Shown: positions 60,090-64,000 of the stretch, piece after piece
Layout: each line of letters opens with the position of its first letter
Position numbering within the stretch: position 1 is the first letter of the stretch
Assembly (NCBI GenBank): GCA_965214095.1
Contig: OZ243938.1
Coordinates: forward strand, 1,554,197 to 1,618,196
Direction: 5' to 3'
From: Candidatus Poribacteria bacterium
GTDB lineage: Bacteria; Poribacteria; WGA-4E; WGA-3G
DNA length: 64,000 nt
Notes under the pieces: generated by a model
Told to the model about the DNA's origin: nothing
Databases searched by the model: none
What the model saw: only the letters and a program-made list of their open reading frames with translations
Made by a program: the position numbers and the translations under genes

Positions 60090-61973
60090 ATGCAAAACAA
60101 AGATTTCACACAGAACTATCCTGAAGAAAACCTTATCTCTTTACCATCCGAGGCGATCGCTCGATTCGGTAGGGGTGATGTAGAAGGTACTGCCATCTCC
60201 CCCGATGGAAATATGATTGCAGTAGCATCCCGTATTGGTTTGTGGATTTATAATGCTCATACTGAAGATTTCATAAGGCTAATTGCGGTAGAAGGCACAG
60301 GTCTACTTTCAAGGGTTACTTTTTCTCCAGATAGCACACAGGTTGCTACAGGCGATTGGGATGGCATTGCATCACTATGGGATGTTTCTACTGGAGCAAA
60401 ACTCGCAACCTTCAAGAATAAAGATTATGTCATTTCCATTGCTTTTTCTCCAGATGGAAAATCCTTGGCAACTGGAACACGGGATGGTAAAGCAACACTG
60501 TGGGATATTAACACTGGTAATGAACGTTGGTCGATTTCTCACAAAGATTATGTCACTTCCGTTGCTTTTTCTCCAGACGGTTTACTTTTAGCAACAGGTA
60601 GTCGGGATAGTACATCAAATCTATGTGATGTTGAGAATGGAGAAGTTCAACGGTGTTTCACCCATCAGAAACATAGTGTAGATATTGAATTAGATACCGG
60701 GTTCGTTGAGACCTTTAACAATCTCGGAATCAATTGCATTGCCTTTTCTCCAAATGGACGATATTTTGCCACAGGTGACCGTATCGGAGCTGATATAAAG
60801 GGTGTTACAACATTGTGGGATATTGAAAGCGGGGAGGCTGTGTGGGAATTTGCCCATGAGGACTCTGCGACATCAATTGCTTTTTCAACAGACAATAAAT
60901 ACATGGCAACTCGCTTTTCCAATGGAGACACCGATGTTCGTCATATTGCCGATTGCACAACGGCATCAATTCAAGAAGGAAATTGGGCAAAACAGAAAAA
61001 GAAACCGCCAGCAAGTCATCCACGAGGATTATACGGCTGGCTCGTTAACTTTTCACCAGACGGAAAGCACTTGGCTGCCGTAACACAAATGTCTTCCCTT
61101 AAGATATGGGATTTAGCATCTGGGATAAACATCAAGACAATTGACCAAGATATTGGACAAGCAGAAGCACTATCTTATGCACACGATGGATATTGCTTTG
61201 GAGTGAGCCGATCATCCAAAGGTGAGACCTCTTGGAATTGTGCGACCTTTTGGAAAGATCAGGAACAAAATATTGACTTTCGGCCTGAAGATCCAAATGC
61301 AGACATTTTATCCGCCGCTGTTTCACCTGATACCGAAATTGTGGCTACAGGAGGAGATGATAAAAAAGTTTATTTATGGGATAGAGCAACACAAAAATTG
61401 GTTAACACACTTTCTGGACATACTGGACCAATAATTAACCTTGCATTCTCCCCTAATGGCACACACTTAGTAAGCACAGGAGGCATTGAAGTGGAAAGAC
61501 AAGAAAAAGATGGAACCGTGTATTCTTACCCACTGGAGGATGGTGCGGCAGATCAGACAGCAAGAGTTTGGCATATTGAAACAGGTACTGAGGTCGCAAC
61601 GCTCACGCATCGCTTCAAAGTTGAGACGCTTGTTTTCTCACCAGATAGTACTTGCCTTGCAACTGCCTCTGGGGAAGATGTCCATCTGTGGGATACTAAG
61701 ACGTGGCTGAAAATTGTAACACTTGAGACAGTAAGAGTTGAGTCGCTCGGATTTTCGGCGGATGGTTCGCTACTTGCCGTTGGTGGTACAGGACGGAAGC
61801 CAAAGATACAGATATGGAATGTGAAAACAGCACAACTGATTGTAGAATTCTCTGGTCACAAGAGTGATGTGGAATCTGTTGCCTTCTCACCAGATGGCAC
61901 ACTATTGGCAAGCGGAGGTTTTGATAGTGTCATCTACTTATGGGATATGAAATCTATTACAGAATTAGATTGA
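60090..61973 (+). CDS. WD40 repeat protein of a different subtype (W15) that closes the array.
   Basis: It has canonical WD repeats (AFSPDGKSLATGTRDGKATLWD...) and a related N-terminal LPSEAIARFGRG motif, but a different C-terminus (ITELD). I placed the start at the ATG that gives MQNKDFTQ, by analogy with the other WD genes. Upstream in-frame starts are possible. Confidence 0.6.
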   Translation: MQNKDFTQNYPEENLISLPSEAIARFGRGDVEGTAISPDGNMIAVASRIGLWIYNAHTEDFIRLIAVEGTGLLSRVTFSPDSTQVATGDWDGIASLWDVSTGAKLATFKNKDYVISIAFSPDGKSLATGTRDGKATLWDINTGNERWSISHKDYVTSVAFSPDGLLLATGSRDSTSNLCDVENGEVQRCFTHQKHSVDIELDTGFVETFNNLGINCIAFSPNGRYFATGDRIGADIKGVTTLWDIESGEAVWEFAHEDSATSIAFSTDNKYMATRFSNGDTDVRHIADCTTASIQEGNWAKQKKKPPASHPRGLYGWLVNFSPDGKHLAAVTQMSSLKIWDLASGINIKTIDQDIGQAEALSYAHDGYCFGVSRSSKGETSWNCATFWKDQEQNIDFRPEDPNADILSAAVSPDTEIVATGGDDKKVYLWDRATQKLVNTLSGHTGPIINLAFSPNGTHLVSTGGIEVERQEKDGTVYSYPLEDGAADQTARVWHIETGTEVATLTHRFKVETLVFSPDSTCLATASGEDVHLWDTKTWLKIVTLETVRVESLGFSADGSLLAVGGTGRKPKIQIWNVKTAQLIVEFSGHKSDVESVAFSPDGTLLASGGFDSVIYLWDMKSITELD

Positions 61974-62111
61974 AGACACCTCCAATCAGAATGCAATAGG
62001 GGGTAATGTCAATAATTTCAGATGAAGGGCATTAGTTAACAATCTCACTGCTTTAACTGTGAGTCAATGAAATTCAGAGGCATTCAATTGTCAATATTCT
62101 CTATCGTGGGA

Positions 62112-62131
62112 GGGGTTTCAAACCCCGATTT
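62112..62131 (+). terminator. Candidate intrinsic terminator GGGGTTT-C-AAACCCC followed by GATTT, downstream of W15.
   Basis: A perfect 7-bp GC-rich inverted repeat with a short U-rich tail lies 140 bp after the stop of 60090..61973. Confidence 0.4.
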
Positions 62132-62384
62132 AACAACAAAATCAGTCGTCCTCACGCAATTCACATTGCTTTCTATTGCTATAAATGAGGTATTATGATA
62201 AATTGAAGTAATCCCATTTCTAAAAAATGAAAATTCATTGTGAAATTATCGGTTCAAGCAGAGTTGAAGAATGTCCGAGGCGCAATGAATTGAACGACTA
62301 CAAACGCGTTTTTTGTGAATGACAAGCGATCAATTAGGAATGGGAAAATAGAAGATTTTGACATACTCACCGAGTTAAAACTCC

Positions 62385-62404
62385 GGTGATTCTTTTGAAA
62401 GAAT
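62385..62404. promoter_or_regulatory. Perfect 20-bp palindrome TGATTCTTT-TG-AAAGAATCA (a candidate operator) upstream of the Gfo/Idh/MocA-isomerase gene pair.
   Basis: Perfect 9-bp arms. It lies in the 850-bp non-coding region before 62826. Confidence 0.3.
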
Positions 62405-62825
62405 CACACAAGCAATTGTGGTATCAACGACCTTGTTTAGAAAACCTAATAGGCATTCCAGTGACAAAGCCTACTCCAACAGTTGATGTCCCAACTGCAC
62501 CTCCAAAGGAGGTCTTAAGAAACATTTTCACGTGTGAATATCAACGGGATGAGTTTTGAAACTTCTTTCCCTAACACGCAACAGATGTTTTGAAAACTTT
62601 AGCAGTATTGAATAGCAAAGCTTTTACGTGATTGTTTCACTGCTTAGCTATCTGCCGTAGCATCAATCACAACCAATGCCGATTGCTAAAGATATTATAT
62701 TAGTTTTTAGATTAAAAGGCAAGTTTTTTCTTGACACACAATAGGAGTGGTGTCTACATCCCCGTGCTAAAGCAACGGGGTCTTGACACCGAAGATATGA
62801 TAAAGTTTGAAGGAGATAAATATTG

Positions 62826-63866
62826 ATGTTAAATTGGGGTGTGATTGGACCTGGTGGTATTGCACGCGTATTCTGCAATGGTATGCGATTTACGGATACT
62901 GGACAGATTTTTGCAGTTGCGAGCCGTACTAAATCACGTGCAGAGAGTTTTGCAGATATTTTTGATATACCACGTCGTTATGGGAGTTATGAAGCACTGT
63001 TAGCTGATGGAGATATTGATGCAGTTTATGTTGCGACTATTCACCCACATCACGCGGAGTGGGTAATTAAAGCCGCTGAGGCAAAGAAGCATATTTTGGT
63101 TGAGAAACCAATTAGTATTGATCATGCGACCGCTTCAACGATGGTGGACGCTGCCCGTAAGAATGATGTGTTCTTGATGGAAGCGTTTATGTATCGTTGC
63201 CATCCGCAGATACAACGCATGGCTGAGTTGATTCAGGACGATGCAATCGGTGAGGTGCGTTTCGTTCAAGCGACATTTGGGTTTCAAGCAGGTTTCAATC
63301 CAGAAGGTCGCCTTTTCAATCGTGAAATGGGTGGTGGTGGAATTCTTGATATTGGATGTTATACTGCCTCAATAGCTCGTAAAGTTGCTGGTGCGGCTGT
63401 GGGTAAACTGTTCTTAGATCCGATTTCAGTAAAGGCGCATGGGAAGATTGGACCGACGGGTGTTGATCACATTGCAGCGGCGACACTGAAATTTGAGAAT
63501 GAAATTATTGCTGAGATCGTCTGTGCTGTTGAATGTAACATCGGTAGTAAAGTTATTATCTACGGTTCTGGTGGGACAATTACGATTCCAAGTCCTTGGC
63601 TGCCATCTTCACCGTGTCGTGGTGCGAGCGGTGCAATGCCTTTAGATACAACCTTCCCACCAAGTATACTTGTTTTGAACTCCTATCAAGATAGAGAAAC
63701 AACGGAGATATCCGTTGAAGTAGACCGTGACCTATTTACCTATGAAGCAGATATGGTAGCAAACCATATTTCTGATCGACAAGCACCTGCGATGTCTTGG
63801 GATGACACATTAGGAAATATGAAGGTGTTAGATGCTTGGCGTGCAGAGATAGGCGTTGTTTATTGA
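62826..63866 (+). CDS. Gfo/Idh/MocA-family oxidoreductase.
   Basis: The Rossmann N-terminus is MLNWGVIGPGGIARVF. It has the family EKP motif (LVEKPISIDH). GAAGGAG RBS. An in-frame TTG at 62823 is an alternative start. Confidence 0.8.
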   Translation: MLNWGVIGPGGIARVFCNGMRFTDTGQIFAVASRTKSRAESFADIFDIPRRYGSYEALLADGDIDAVYVATIHPHHAEWVIKAAEAKKHILVEKPISIDHATASTMVDAARKNDVFLMEAFMYRCHPQIQRMAELIQDDAIGEVRFVQATFGFQAGFNPEGRLFNREMGGGGILDIGCYTASIARKVAGAAVGKLFLDPISVKAHGKIGPTGVDHIAAATLKFENEIIAEIVCAVECNIGSKVIIYGSGGTITIPSPWLPSSPCRGASGAMPLDTTFPPSILVLNSYQDRETTEISVEVDRDLFTYEADMVANHISDRQAPAMSWDDTLGNMKVLDAWRAEIGVVY

Positions 63867-63907
63867 ACAAATTGAGGACAAGATACTATGTTAACTGTTT
63901 GTTATGA

Positions 63908-64000
63908 CCCTTATTCTGGCACATTAGGGAGATTTACTCGTGCTGAAATTTTCGACCTTGTCTCCGATGCTGGCTATGAAGGTATTAATATACCTGTGAA
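63908..64000 (+). CDS. Sugar phosphate isomerase/epimerase (xylose-isomerase-like TIM barrel), N-terminal fragment truncated by the window end.
   Basis: GAGGA lies 9 nt before the ATG. MLTVCYDPYSGTLGRFTRAEIFDLVSDAGYEGINIPV is typical of this family's N-terminus. Confidence 0.4.

Overview
This 64-kb window is a bacterial chromosomal segment, probably from a Planctomycetes- or Poribacteria-like lineage. Ribosome-binding sites are AAGGAG/GGAGG and match the CCUCC 3' end of the 16S gene.

The window has three parts.

(1) Positions 1-13.2 kb hold two paralogous Mo-hydroxylase (CoxMSL/xanthine-dehydrogenase family) operons in opposite orientations. Between them are apt, two oxidoreductases, a PhyH dioxygenase, an SDR, and a DUF3179 gene. 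The DUF3179 gene is interrupted by a single in-frame TGA exactly at a conserved CxxC cysteine, which makes it a selenocysteine candidate. A MoaD/ThiS-like sulfur carrier with an extension beyond its GG end follows the second operon.

(2) Positions 13.3-19 kb hold a defence-island-like block. It has an MmeI-like type IIL restriction-modification enzyme and a convergent tightly packed operon encoding an HsdR_N-like PD-(D/E)xK nuclease, a TIR-like protein and a GIY-YIG nuclease. Polysaccharide deacetylase paralogs bracketing a DUF1080 gene and a PhyH gene come next.

(3) At 24.2-25.9 kb there is a 16S rRNA-tRNA-Ile pair with no tRNA-Ala or 23S in the 38 kb that follow. An ECF sigma factor gene follows. 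Then comes the dominant feature: about 30 kb occupied by 14 tandem same-strand WD40 beta-propeller paralogs. They share N-terminal (DVTTWELPEGAIARLGRG) and C-terminal (ILLWDMKPFIN) modules and have variable central blades. Their leaders are conserved and carry an AGCAATTGCT palindrome. Three paralogs share a near-identical 3' tract that suggests gene conversion. The array is capped by two mosaic paralogs with a sigma-2-like N-terminus and by a fifteenth, divergent WD40 gene. The window ends with a second Gfo/Idh/MocA oxidoreductase and a partial sugar-phosphate isomerase.

No CRISPR array or transposase was found.
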